Source of the DNA: Podarcis pityusensis
Lineage: Eukaryota
Length of the DNA: 64,000 nucleotides
Strand: one strand, 5' to 3'
Assembly: GCA_964106645.2 (NCBI GenBank)
Contig: OZ067042.1
The notes beneath the pieces are model-generated. The model was not told where the DNA came from, ran no database searches, and worked only from the letters and a program-made list of their open reading frames with translations. The position numbers and the translations under genes were made by a program. Shown here piece by piece: positions 39,428 through 49,703 of the stretch. The stretch's first letter is position 1. The number at the start of each line of letters is the position of its first letter.

Positions 39428-39595
39428 CTAACTGTTCTTTAGTGCGCAGAGTATTGAAGCAAGGCTCTGAGATGATTTGACAGAAGAGCTCCAAAAACAT
39501 ATTCTCTGAGGTGCTTTGCATATCTGTTTGATAATATATTTCAATGCCACAATTGTTATGAACCTCGTTCCTCTGTTGATAGACGAACCAACCTC
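39428..39595 (-). CDS. IDE: IDE exon 20
   Basis: Encodes (R)[55 protein letters not shown]; 168 nt. Confidence 0.98.
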   Translation of the reverse strand, partial: EVGSSINRGTRFITIVALKYIIKQICKAPQRICFWSSSVKSSQSLASILCALKNS

Positions 39596-40329
39596 CTAAA
39601 AAAACATGAAAATGATGTAAAGGGTCATTTTGAAAGATGGTCAAGCAGGGAACCATCCATCGTCAACAGAATTTGAATGGAAGGGGAAATATATTTTCTT
39701 CTCTAAACTAGTGTACATTGCAGAGAGAGTATAAGTACTCTATATAAATGCAATCTGGAGGCCCAGGACTGAAATGAATTACTTTTTCTAGTCATGGTTT
39801 CTTTGTGCCATGAGCAAAGAACTTCAGCTTATATTATTATCAGATGCATAATTACCCCAAACAATGCCAGTGACTGATTTGGTAAACAGTAGTTCCCGTT
39901 TCCACATTAGCAACCAGCCCCAAAATGGTGCATGATCTGCCCATGATGCACCTCTACACATTGCTATCGATTTTCCTACTCTGCAGTGCTTAACTCTTTG
40001 CACTCTGTCAACAAATTCAGGATATATATTTGAAAGTCAAATACTGAGACTTGAGTGATTTCATTTGTATAGTAATTCTGTACTCTATTCAGTGAGGAAG
40101 ACCTTTTCCTCCAAAACTAACACAGAGATTCACAACACAGACCTAGATTATTGTTGCCAAAAATATATATCATTTTGGCGTTGATTTTGAAATATTTGCC
40201 ATGCAGTACTGAAAGCAAGTCACTTTCTAAAAACAAATCAAGAAATTTCATCCTGACTTATTGCAAATGTAAGCACCATGAACCTCAGCTTTATATGTTT
40301 TATAGCTTATGTCCAAATGGACAACTTAC

Positions 40330-40441
40330 TGTCAGGCAGCTGTACTTCTCTATACCTTACAAGCTGGCTCGGAAGCAAAGGTTTTGTATGAGCATGCTCA
40401 ATGAGAGTGTCTTCAATCATTTGCATAATTCCTAATGCAGC
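40330..40441 (-). CDS. IDE: IDE exon 19
   Basis: Encodes [37 protein letters not shown]; 112 nt. Confidence 0.98.
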
Positions 40442-42282
40442 CTGGAAGAGAAGAAATTCATCAGAGAGTTTATTCATCTCCTGGCAATTGTCCATGTGGT
40501 AGCACACAGAAGGATAACAGGTATTAGGGGAAATGGCAAAATTAGAAAGGAAAAGGAGATGACTAATTGCAGCAGATGCAAGCATTAGGAATGCAAAGCC
40601 GAGTTAGTACGTGTGACAGCTATGAAGCACGCAAAACTGAAAGGCTGAATCTCTGTTTCTACATTATGTTTTAAATACTTTTAGAAAACAAGATCAACTT
40701 TTAAATAAATAATAAATACGTACATACATACATACATACATACACATTTTGTATGCAATGCCTGTGCCCTACATTTTAGCACACAAGGCTGAATTGTTTT
40801 TTCCTCCCTGCCACCCCTCTTCATTTACAGAAAATATATCAACTCATTGCTACTTTGATGTCCACAGCCAGCATCTGCTGTATCATGGGTCAAAGGGCCC
40901 CATATTACTCTTGTCTCCTACTCTTCTGCATTTGGTTTCTGAAAGTTTAGTGAAACCACACAATTCCTTAGTTCCCCCTTCATTTCCTACTTTATGCATT
41001 GATTAAGTTCCAAGTCCATGGTCCTCTTAAGCCTGTAACTATGAGAGACGTGTATGCATCATGGGGCTAAAACAATACAGCTGCACAAACAGCAAGAATG
41101 CCTTTGACAAGCCAATGTTATAAAACCCTTTGACCATCTCCAGAGAGGAGTCTTACTTTCTGGAGTTGATATCAAAATCACTATGCATTAAAGTACCAAA
41201 GAAAACCTTACGATAATGAGAAACAAATCTACAAATAAGCCTGAAGTCACTCTAGGGAAAGCCTTTATAGAGGAAACAAACTCATCAAGATGTATTGAAA
41301 TTAAATCCAAAATAATAAAGGCTGTTAAAAGCTAACTGTGCTTATAGAGATGCAAAACTCCGAAGCCTTTTTGAAATATACAGTCATATTCAGATATGCA
41401 ACTTCAAAATGAAAACTACAAGACTGGGTCAACTGATCTGAACTCAAGAAAATCTCATTTAAAATCTGCTTTAAAATTCAAAATCAGTAAGCCAAAACCT
41501 TTTGGATTCTTACCTCACAGAAAGTAACCTTGCACAGAAAAGAAAACATTTTAAAACGCTAAACCAGGGTGTGGTTTGATTAAACAAATAGGAAAGCCAC
41601 TTCCTCTTCCATGAAACCAAATATCCAGGTATGGTAGATGTAATTGTTCACTGCGCAGTTCACTATCTGGGGAGACTCAAATAGTTTTTACTAGTTCTTA
41701 ATGGCTCATGCGGGAGGACTTTGAGACTTTGCCCTTTTGGTTTGCCTTAAGTCAAATTATTTTACCATTACTATGGCATTAAGGGTTATTTTAAGATGCT
41801 CAGAAATAAGTGAGCTGGACATGCTCATTCACTGTTGCCTCTTAACATAAAATATACACAGTTTCTACAGATACAGTACCTTAAAGTTTTTTCTACAAAC
41901 ATGGCTGTTGGTATCTTCCTCTTACTTATTTTATCCAACCAATATACGCAATATTCAAACATCTCACAAAGCTGTACCAGGCAATCTTATACTATAACAT
42001 TAAAGTCACAATGTCTATTATTTCCAGCTCACAGACTGCCATTTAACATTAGCCACTGACTTCATTCTCAGCTATTTTAAATACATGCTCTTGGTTCAAA
42101 TTATATGCCTGTTTGAGAACTTAAGTGTGTGGATCTAGCATTCAATTTTACAACCTTATTTCATCACTGAAGCAGACTGCACAGATACCATGAAGTATAA
42201 ACTGCCTGAAAGCTCATTCCAATACATGTTGGAATGCAAGTCCCTTGAACATTCAAGTAGTTTTGCTTGATTTTAAGAAATC

Positions 42283-42321
42283 ACTTAACAGGGTCAGTTA
42301 CTTAACAGGGTCAGTTACTTA
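42283..42321. repeat. 17-bp tandem duplication (ACTTAACAGGGTCAGTT x2.3)
   Basis: Read directly from the sequence. Confidence 0.9.
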
Positions 42322-42705
42322 TCTGGGACAAAAAGGAAGCATCACACAGCCAAACAGTTCAATCTTGAATGTGAAAAGTATGCTTAAAGAGACATCACAG
42401 ATATGATTGTGCACCTGTACTGTCCCCAAGATATGTAATAAGAAACAGAAACTTAAGTCTGGGATACAGCATTGTGCAGATTTCATTTCAAATAGATGTC
42501 ATAGCCTTTCTGTGTTATTTTATACTCTTTTCTCTAGTTAAAGACACCCACAGAACAATATTGGACAAGCAAACCTGTAAGAGAGACTCACTGACAGAAA
42601 AGCTTATGAAGATTTAAAAAGCAAGCATGGATAAAAGTAAACCCTTGATTTTACGTACAATTATCAGTATAAATCTGCTTCTGGTGAAAAACATATCAAA
42701 CCAAC

Positions 42706-42797
42706 CTGTTTTGTTATATTGCCATGGAGAAGTGCTTCAATGTGTAACCGTGACAACAGCTGAGAAATAAAGGCCTTGAGACGGGGAAGGGTGACAT
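42706..42797 (-). CDS. IDE: IDE exon 18
   Basis: Encodes (D)[30 protein letters not shown]; 92 nt. Confidence 0.97.
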
Positions 42798-43744
42798 CTA
42801 CAATAGATATTTAGATGTTTAAAATCAATCACATTTTCCATTTCGAAAAACAAGGCCTATATCATCCTAAAATGCAATACATGTCTTAGAAGATGACAAA
42901 GAAATTTATAATAATCAACAAAAGTCAGTGGGAGTTTTCTTCACAAATATTCAGGTTTGGGAAAGTTTCCAGGACAAAATTGCAGTGCTCACTGCGTAGT
43001 TTGCCTTGCTTAGAATTCACATGTTATTTGACCCAGATTCCAACACAGAAAAGAAAAGAGAAAGGCAGACAGACAGACTATGCTGCACTGCAGTTAGGCT
43101 AAACAGACATCCAGCCTCAAAAATAGTAACAGTCATTCAGGTGGTGGCTGAAGATAAAGCTTAAGCTGTTAACTACATAAAAGAACATGTAGTTTATCAT
43201 TCCCCATCATCTTGACAGCAATTATTTCTGAATGGCAGTTTCAGAGATTGGTGGTTATTTTGAAATTAATTAAACTTTTCATAGATATGTATGGTAGGAT
43301 TAATGCCTTTAGCTACAGGCACATCCAAACACCCACTGAAACACATGTGAGTGTAGATGAATGTAAATGGTGAATACAAGTTTAAGTGCCACCAGAGTGG
43401 ATTGTGGCAATCGACCTTAGAAACTAAACAATCAGAATAACCTAGATTTCACACCTCCACTCCCTTGTAGAAGTGTACAAAGGGAAAGATGGGACACATA
43501 CACAGGGGTCAGGGGGTGAGGAGAGAATGTTGGAAAGAAATTTCTTCCTCCTGCCTGTCTACAGCCAGGCATATGGATCACTAGTAAATAGATGCTGTGT
43601 GAATAAGATCTCTGATATCACTGATGGTAAGGTAGAGAACATAGGAATGCTGTATTTGGGGTTGTTCTTGAGGCTGCAGCTACCGCAGAATGATTATGCT
43701 GGCTGTTACACAGGGAGGCAAGAAGCAATCATATTGCAACAAAT

Positions 43745-44030
43745 TCTGCACTGACTGATGGTTATCTGCCTAGCCCAATTCAAGGTATTAGTACTGGTGT
43801 ACGAGACCTCTTCAACCTGGGATCCAAGTATTTAAAGGAGCGCCTCCCCTGATAACTCCCAGCCCAGCCTATGCTCCAAGACCTGTGGAGGAAGTCCTGC
43901 TTGGGTGCTGCTGGAGGGTGAGGCCCATGGGGTGGTGAAGTGGAGCAGGGCCTTCTCAGTGATGGACTTCCACTTATGGAACCCCCTCTCAACTGAGATT
44001 ATATTGACACTGATGTTTCAGTGTCGCTTA
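43745..44030 (+). mobile_element. L2 LINE fragment (decayed)
   Basis: Remnants of LH..AQFKVLVLVY..LGSKYLKERL..RAFSV..HLWNPL. Confidence 0.7.
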
Positions 44031-44844
44031 AAGACAGTGCCGCATGCAATGAAGTTGTCCCATTACTGCAAGGACAACAGAGGGGGGCAGCAGAGGAGGG
44101 CTCTTGTCTTCATGTCCTGCCTGTAAGCATCTCCAATGGCATATAGATGGCCACTGCTGCAAACAGAATGCTAAACTAGAAAGATGTTTGATTTCATCCA
44201 TAAGACCATTTAGCACATCTGGCCCTGAAGATGTGTATGGGGACTAGGTTGGATTGGATAGTGATTTCCCCTTTGCTTCATTCTCTGTTGCTGTCATTAG
44301 AATCACTCATGAGTTTGTGTTGGCCCAGTTCTTTTGTCTGATAACAGACATGGGCTTCTAAGTGGAGCAGCGTGAGCCCTGAGTGAGCTATGTGGCTGCA
44401 AACTGGAGTAAGTGAATTAAATATCTGCTGCTTTCTTCCTGAGACCTATATTCTGCCCTGCCCCATGCAATGTTCCTGAACAAAGTGGAGCAAATTGTAC
44501 GAGTCTGGCTGAGAGTATAAAACAAATATTACTGTGCTTGCCTTTGTCTTGAAAGAGACTGAGTGTTTACAGAGTTCACAGACTTAATATGACAGAGGTT
44601 CAGCTTGCCAAACTGGAAAAGCAGCAACTATGCTTGGTGAGCAGATGAGTGGCAGTGCCTGTACCTTTCTCCAATGTTCTGATTTTCCCTAGACTCAAAG
44701 AAAATTGATGAGCTAGAACAGCTGCATCTCTGGACTTTTAAAAGTTAACAGGGAAACAGGACTTGAGAGTGGAAGAAAGGAATGGCATTCAGCATGCTGG
44801 GGTTCTGAAAAGTATTTGGAAATCTCATCTGAAAACAGGAATAT

Positions 44845-44975
44845 TCAATGTACTGGCATCTAGGTGTTTTGCACTACAATTCACATCATTCCTGAACACT
44901 GACTATATTGGCTGGGGCTAATGGGAGTTAAGAGTCAAACATGGGGGGGGGGCACGGTATTGGAGACCCCTCTCC
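44845..44975. mobile_element. Short decayed hAT-type MITE
   Basis: GTTTTGCACTACAATTCACATCATTCCTGA..TGGCTGGGGCTAATGGGAGTT internal palindrome; related to the fragment at 52192-52245. Confidence 0.55.
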
Positions 44976-45765
44976 TAGGACTATCAAACAGAATTTTAGA
45001 ACTGCACAACTGCAACTGTAAAAAAATAAGAGGCAAATTATATATCCATGGGTCATACTGCATAACCACTTCTTCCACAGGAATATGGAATTAATTTCTT
45101 AAAGTGTTTTTATGCTGTCCAGATCCCAGAATTTAAAAGGCACTCTTTAAGGGCAGATTGTTTGAACTAAATGAAGCCCCAGTTAGGGGGATTAAGTTCT
45201 TGAAATCTGTCTGCACCAAAACTGTGGGACTTTTCTGTGAGGGACTTCAAACTTCACATCTGAGCACACTTTTGGAAGCTTACAATCTTCTTGGATTGAC
45301 TAGTTATTGCTGGTGGATAATTTTAAACTAGATATATTTTAGAGAAAGATATTTTGATGATTATGCTAAGCTTCTTCACAATGGACTTATTTTAAATGCT
45401 TAAAGCTTTGTTATTTTAATATTCCCTCTGTAACAAATGTGGTTTTGGTTATCATTAAGGATTATTTAAATTCTAAATTTAGATCTTAAAAACCTAGAAC
45501 ATGACAATAAGGTTTTAAAAGGTTTTCTCACCACTGTTAAGTCAATCTAAATTACTAAAAATCTCCATACCCTCCATAGAACAGTAGTATGAATGCAGAT
45601 ACTATTTAAGACTGAGATGAAATTAAAATACTTTGCTCAAAGTTCAGTTGAGATAAAAAATGCTTGACTAATAAACAATCATAAAATCAAAACAAGTAAA
45701 AATACACATTAGATAGAAAAGATGTAGTTAAAATGGGCAAAATATATAAACTGGCAGCAGCTCAC

Positions 45766-45886
45766 CGTCTAAAGCTTCTTTTAATTCATCTTTGGTCCAG
45801 GCAACTTCTGTCATCAGTAGTCGGAGGTAATACATGGCATGCTGGTGTGGTTGTTCAGCTCGGAAGTTATTAAGCGATCGCATGTA
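45766..45886 (-). CDS. IDE: IDE exon 17
   Basis: Encodes [40 protein letters not shown]; 121 nt. Confidence 0.98.
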
Positions 45887-46483
45887 CTAACAAGGTTAAA
45901 ATAAAATAATGGTTAAGAAATGAAGATTTGCGATGAACGTTGCCTGATTTTTTTGATGTTCTATATTCAAATTATATGGTCAGATAAAAGAAATAAAGAT
46001 GGGCAGGGCTCCCTCTTAACTGAGATCTCATATCATAGTTTGAAGCTGGATGGCAAATCATTATTCATCCATGATTAAAAGGTTACCCTGACTAGCATTC
46101 ATCAACCAATACTGGGGCCAATAAAACACATCAGGAATTTGCCTGTAATTGATGAGCAGCTGGCAGGTGGAGGAGAAGAAGCATGGGATCTTGTGGTCTG
46201 TTCCTAATCTCTGAACCAGCACTAAGGGATGGGAACAGAATATATGTACTGGCTAGAGGAAGAGAACTACAGAAAGACAAGAGTCATAGCTGAAAAAGCC
46301 CTCACTAAATTTAATTGACTTAAATCTTATGGATGACTACTCTGAAGTCACATTATTTTCAAATGGAGCTTACTCTCAGGCAAGTGTGCAAATGACGACA
46401 GTCCAAGTGTGGCACCAATCATTGCCCCCAGCAGTTTTATACCTTTCTGCAGGCATATGTACATTCCCTACACATTGTTCATA

Positions 46484-46762
46484 CAGTGGTGCCTCGCAAG
46501 ACGAAATTAATCCGTTCCGCGAGTCTCTTCGTCTTGCGGTTTTTTCGTCTTGCGAAGCACGGCTATTAGTGGCATAGCAGCTATTAACGGCTTAGCGGCT
46601 TTAAGAAAAAGGAAACAAACTCGCAAGAACTCGCAAGACGTTTCGTCTTGCAAAGCAAGCCCATAGGGAAACTCGTCTTGCGGAACGACTCAAAAAACAG
46701 AAAACTCTTTCGTCTAGCGAGTTTTTCGTCTTGCGAGGCATTCGTCTTGCGGGGCACCACTG
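46484..46762. mobile_element. Tigger/pogo-type MITE, family B
   Basis: TIRs CAGTGGTGCCTCGCAAGACGAA / TTCGTCTTGCGGGGCACCACTG, a TA TSD, and repeated internal TTCGTCTTGCG motifs. Confidence 0.92.
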
Positions 46763-46894
46763 TAACTTATTTGAACTTTTAGGCTCCTGCACACCCCCTC
46801 CTGCCTTCAAGGAATGAAATATTGCATGTATGGTGTCTTCCCCTGCTTGATATTCTGATTTATAAGGATCAAAGTCAAGTTCAAGATGGCTTAC

Positions 46895-47005
46895 CGCCTC
46901 CTTGATAATTTCAAATCTTTTTTCATCAATCTCAAAGGTAGCCATTTTCTCAACAATCTTCTTGAGCAGGATATGCTGCTTGTCATTGTAACCTTTTACG
47001 GAAAG
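46895..47005 (-). CDS. IDE: IDE exon 16
   Basis: Encodes [37 protein letters not shown]; 111 nt. Confidence 0.98.
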
Positions 47006-48315
47006 CTATAGGAAAAGGATATATAAGCTGTTATGTGTTTGAAATATTCTGTTTTCTAGAATTCTAGATTGTCCATCAAAGCAATAAACAGCAACTTCTT
47101 AACACTGGGAAGCATTCTCCCTTATTTCGCCAGAAATACTAAGGTTTGCCCTTTACTACATCGAAGTCTATGTGTGATATTATTACTGCTTTACTTTTTC
47201 CCAGGGCTTAACATCTTCTATTACAATTACAAAGCAAAATTATAGTGGAAAACCAATATTGTTCCATGCTGCAAAGCAATGCTTCAAACGTCAGGTAATA
47301 GAAAACGGAATGAAATGTTGTTGCTCTTTCCCAGGATTAAAGAGTAGTTTATCATTCTTCTTCCAAATGAAGAATAAAAGTATGCTAGGAACCCAAATCT
47401 AGAAAAGAATATAGGAAAGAAAAACTTCTGTTCCATAGTTAATAAAGCAGAAGAGTCCATTATATACTGATGTTTAAGAAGTAGGGACTTACAAATGTTT
47501 AAGACATCAAGATGACAGGCTCATAAAATCATTGCATAACTCGGTTGACCACCATACACACAAGGCTGTATAGAACGCAATGCCAACTGGGTGCTGCTTG
47601 TGCAATGTGACTTCAGTTTCCTCTCCCTTTCCTGCCCCCCCCCCAAACATGCTGCACAGGTTTCTCCCCCCTTCTGGAGCTTACTCTGAAGGTGTATAGG
47701 GAGCTAGAGGGGACAGGAGAAGAAGAAAAAAGAGGATTTGCAGGTACTGATGACCAGCAGCATCTGCAAAGCTCCTTGCACATATAAAGGATAAAACCTT
47801 TGTTTTAGCAAAACCTTGCTGCCTGCAAGATGCACCTACTCACCTGTCATTTGTGATGTCTGGTGACTGGTATGTGGGAGGCTCTGCCAACCTTGCAAAC
47901 TAAGCCACTGAGGCAGATCCTAATAAGGATCTGGCCTATGAAGTCAAAAGGGCTCCCCAACCCCTGTGCTACATGATGAAAGAAATTAGAATGGACTTGA
48001 CTCATATTGACTAGATCCCAGGTTGCAGTCTGAAAACATAACACCTTGGCAACCTTGCTGATGCTAAATAGGTCTGATCAGGTGAGAGGCTGCTGAACAA
48101 CACTTCGTAAACCACACCGAGTTCCATGATGGAAAAAATGGCAAGCTACAAATGTAAATAAGCAAAAATACTATAAAACTGTGCTGTTTCCCCCCAGCCA
48201 ATTTTAGCACTGAAACCAGTACATTAAAAAGCATGCTTTTTAGCAGCCCCATGTTTCGTCAGATAAAGAAAATATATGACCTACGCAGAGATTACTGGAG
48301 TCTTAAAAGTAAGTG

Positions 48316-48380
48316 CAATGTTTTGGGAAAGTTTAGGAAAGAAATAGTCAATGTTTTGGGAAAGTTTAGGAAAGAAATAG
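48316..48380. repeat. 33-bp-period tandem duplication
   Basis: CAATGTTTTGGGAAAGTTTAGGAAAGAAATAG occurs twice, separated by one T. Confidence 0.95.
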
Positions 48381-48498
48381 AATAGAGATCACTTTTTAAT
48401 GTACTCATGTGTTATATAAGGACCCTGTTTCACAAGTCATCTTGATCCCGAAATGCAGTCTTCTCTTACCAATAATGCAGTTAGTAATATTTAGTAAA

Positions 48499-48612
48499 TT
48501 GCATGTCTGATGAAGGTGGTTCTGGCACACAAAAGCTCATGCTGCAATAAATGTATTAGTCTTCCAGATGCCCTGCAGTACTTTGGTGGTGGCTGGGGTT
48601 TTTTTATTTTTT
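48499..48612 (+). mobile_element. Penelope-like element terminal remnant with a decayed minimal hammerhead motif
   Basis: CTGATGAAG..CAC(A)AAAGCTCATGC..AATAAATGTATTAGTCTT..GATGCC.. follows the usual squamate Penelope pLTR layout. Confidence 0.6.
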
Positions 48613-48909
48613 AAGTATACATTAGGATCTAAATGACTGAAAGCCAGCAGAACTCCATGTTTAACTAAAAACATAGCAACTCTTTCAAGGTTACTATACT
48701 ATACAAATGAGTAAGAAATGCAGATCAGTAATGCATCAGCACACTTCTCAGTCATAAAAAAAACCATTCCAATCATGGCCAAACCATTCAATAAATGGTT
48801 ATAAAACTGCACAAGTCTCACGCCCTTATGATAGGGATGCAAAGGACAAAACCAGGAGCCATTTTTCCAAGCAGCACTCAACTCTCACGCCATCTACTTT
48901 TTGCTTGTT

Positions 48910-49073
48910 NNNNNNNNNNNNNNNNNNNNNNNNNNNNNNNNNNNNNNNNNNNNNNNNNNNNNNNNNNNNNNNNNNNNNNNNNNNNNNNNNNNNNNNNNNN
49001 NNNNNNNNNNNNNNNNNNNNNNNNNNNNNNNNNNNNNNNNNNNNNNNNNNNNNNNNNNNNNNNNNNNNNNNNN
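48910..49073. other. Assembly gap (164 N)
   Basis: Run of N. Confidence 1.
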
Positions 49074-49074
49074 A
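48930..49074 (-). CDS. IDE: Putative IDE alternative exon 15b (body hidden in the gap; only the acceptor and first base are visible)
   Basis: Minus strand CCTTTTGTTTTGTTTTTCTTTTTTGTTAG|T directly abuts the gap. The T would complete the split Ser codon AG|T from exon 14, and the gap fits a 145-nt exon. The lower coordinate is inferred. Confidence 0.45.
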
Positions 49075-49538
49075 CTAACAAAAAAGAAAAACAAAACAAA
49101 AGGATGCTTTGATACTTCAAGGAGCGACACGGTAATGGATGAAGAAACATGACTGAAGAGTATGTATATGCAGCCTCATAACCAATATTCTCGGGAGTGA
49201 AACACTGGGAATTTGATTTCTCATTCGGAACTCTAGTGAAATGGAGCAGTATCTCAACTCCAATTCGGACTGTAAATTTGAGTTTTAAGTAAAAAAAAAT
49301 AATCTTGCAAATATTCTGGTGAATGACGTAAAATGAAGTGCAAAAATTGCTGAATGCGAATGGAAATGTTGAAGACTCCAGAAATTTCAAATTATGAGAA
49401 AGTATAGCTAGAAATCAAGGTTGAAAAAGAAACTGAAAAAAACAGGTTCTCAATTGGAAAAGCCATTGAAAAATTGCTTCCAGCAAATCAATTTTTTTCC
49501 TTCTGATTAGTGGAAGTAAATTTAAGGCTTTTAAGATT

Positions 49539-49686
49539 NNNNNNNNNNNNNNNNNNNNNNNNNNNNNNNNNNNNNNNNNNNNNNNNNNNNNNNNNNNNNN
49601 NNNNNNNNNNNNNNNNNNNNNNNNNNNNNNNNNNNNNNNNNNNNNNNNNNNNNNNNNNNNNNNNNNNNNNNNNNNNNNNNNNNNNN
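49539..49686. other. Assembly gap (148 N)
   Basis: Run of N. Confidence 1.
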
Positions 49687-49703
49687 CCACGTAAGCAAAT
49701 GGG
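49559..49703 (-). CDS. IDE: IDE exon 15a (first 17 nt visible, remainder in the gap)
   Basis: Minus strand ttttcttccag|C CCA TTT GCT TAC GTG G.. = (S)PFAYV(D). The lower coordinate is inferred from the 145-nt length of the orthologous exon, which also satisfies the 3n+1 phase requirement. Confidence 0.88.

Noticed and set aside
46484-46762. CRISPR-like array of short repeats
   Set aside because: Spacing is irregular, orientations are mixed, and the block is bounded by TIRs and a TA TSD in a vertebrate intron. It is a MITE.
49141-49300. Inverted full copy of exon 15, or a foreign IDE homologue, on the + strand
   Set aside because: The similarity is limited to about 20 nt, the frame is flanked by stops, and nothing further aligns. 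It is kept only as the short antisense element.
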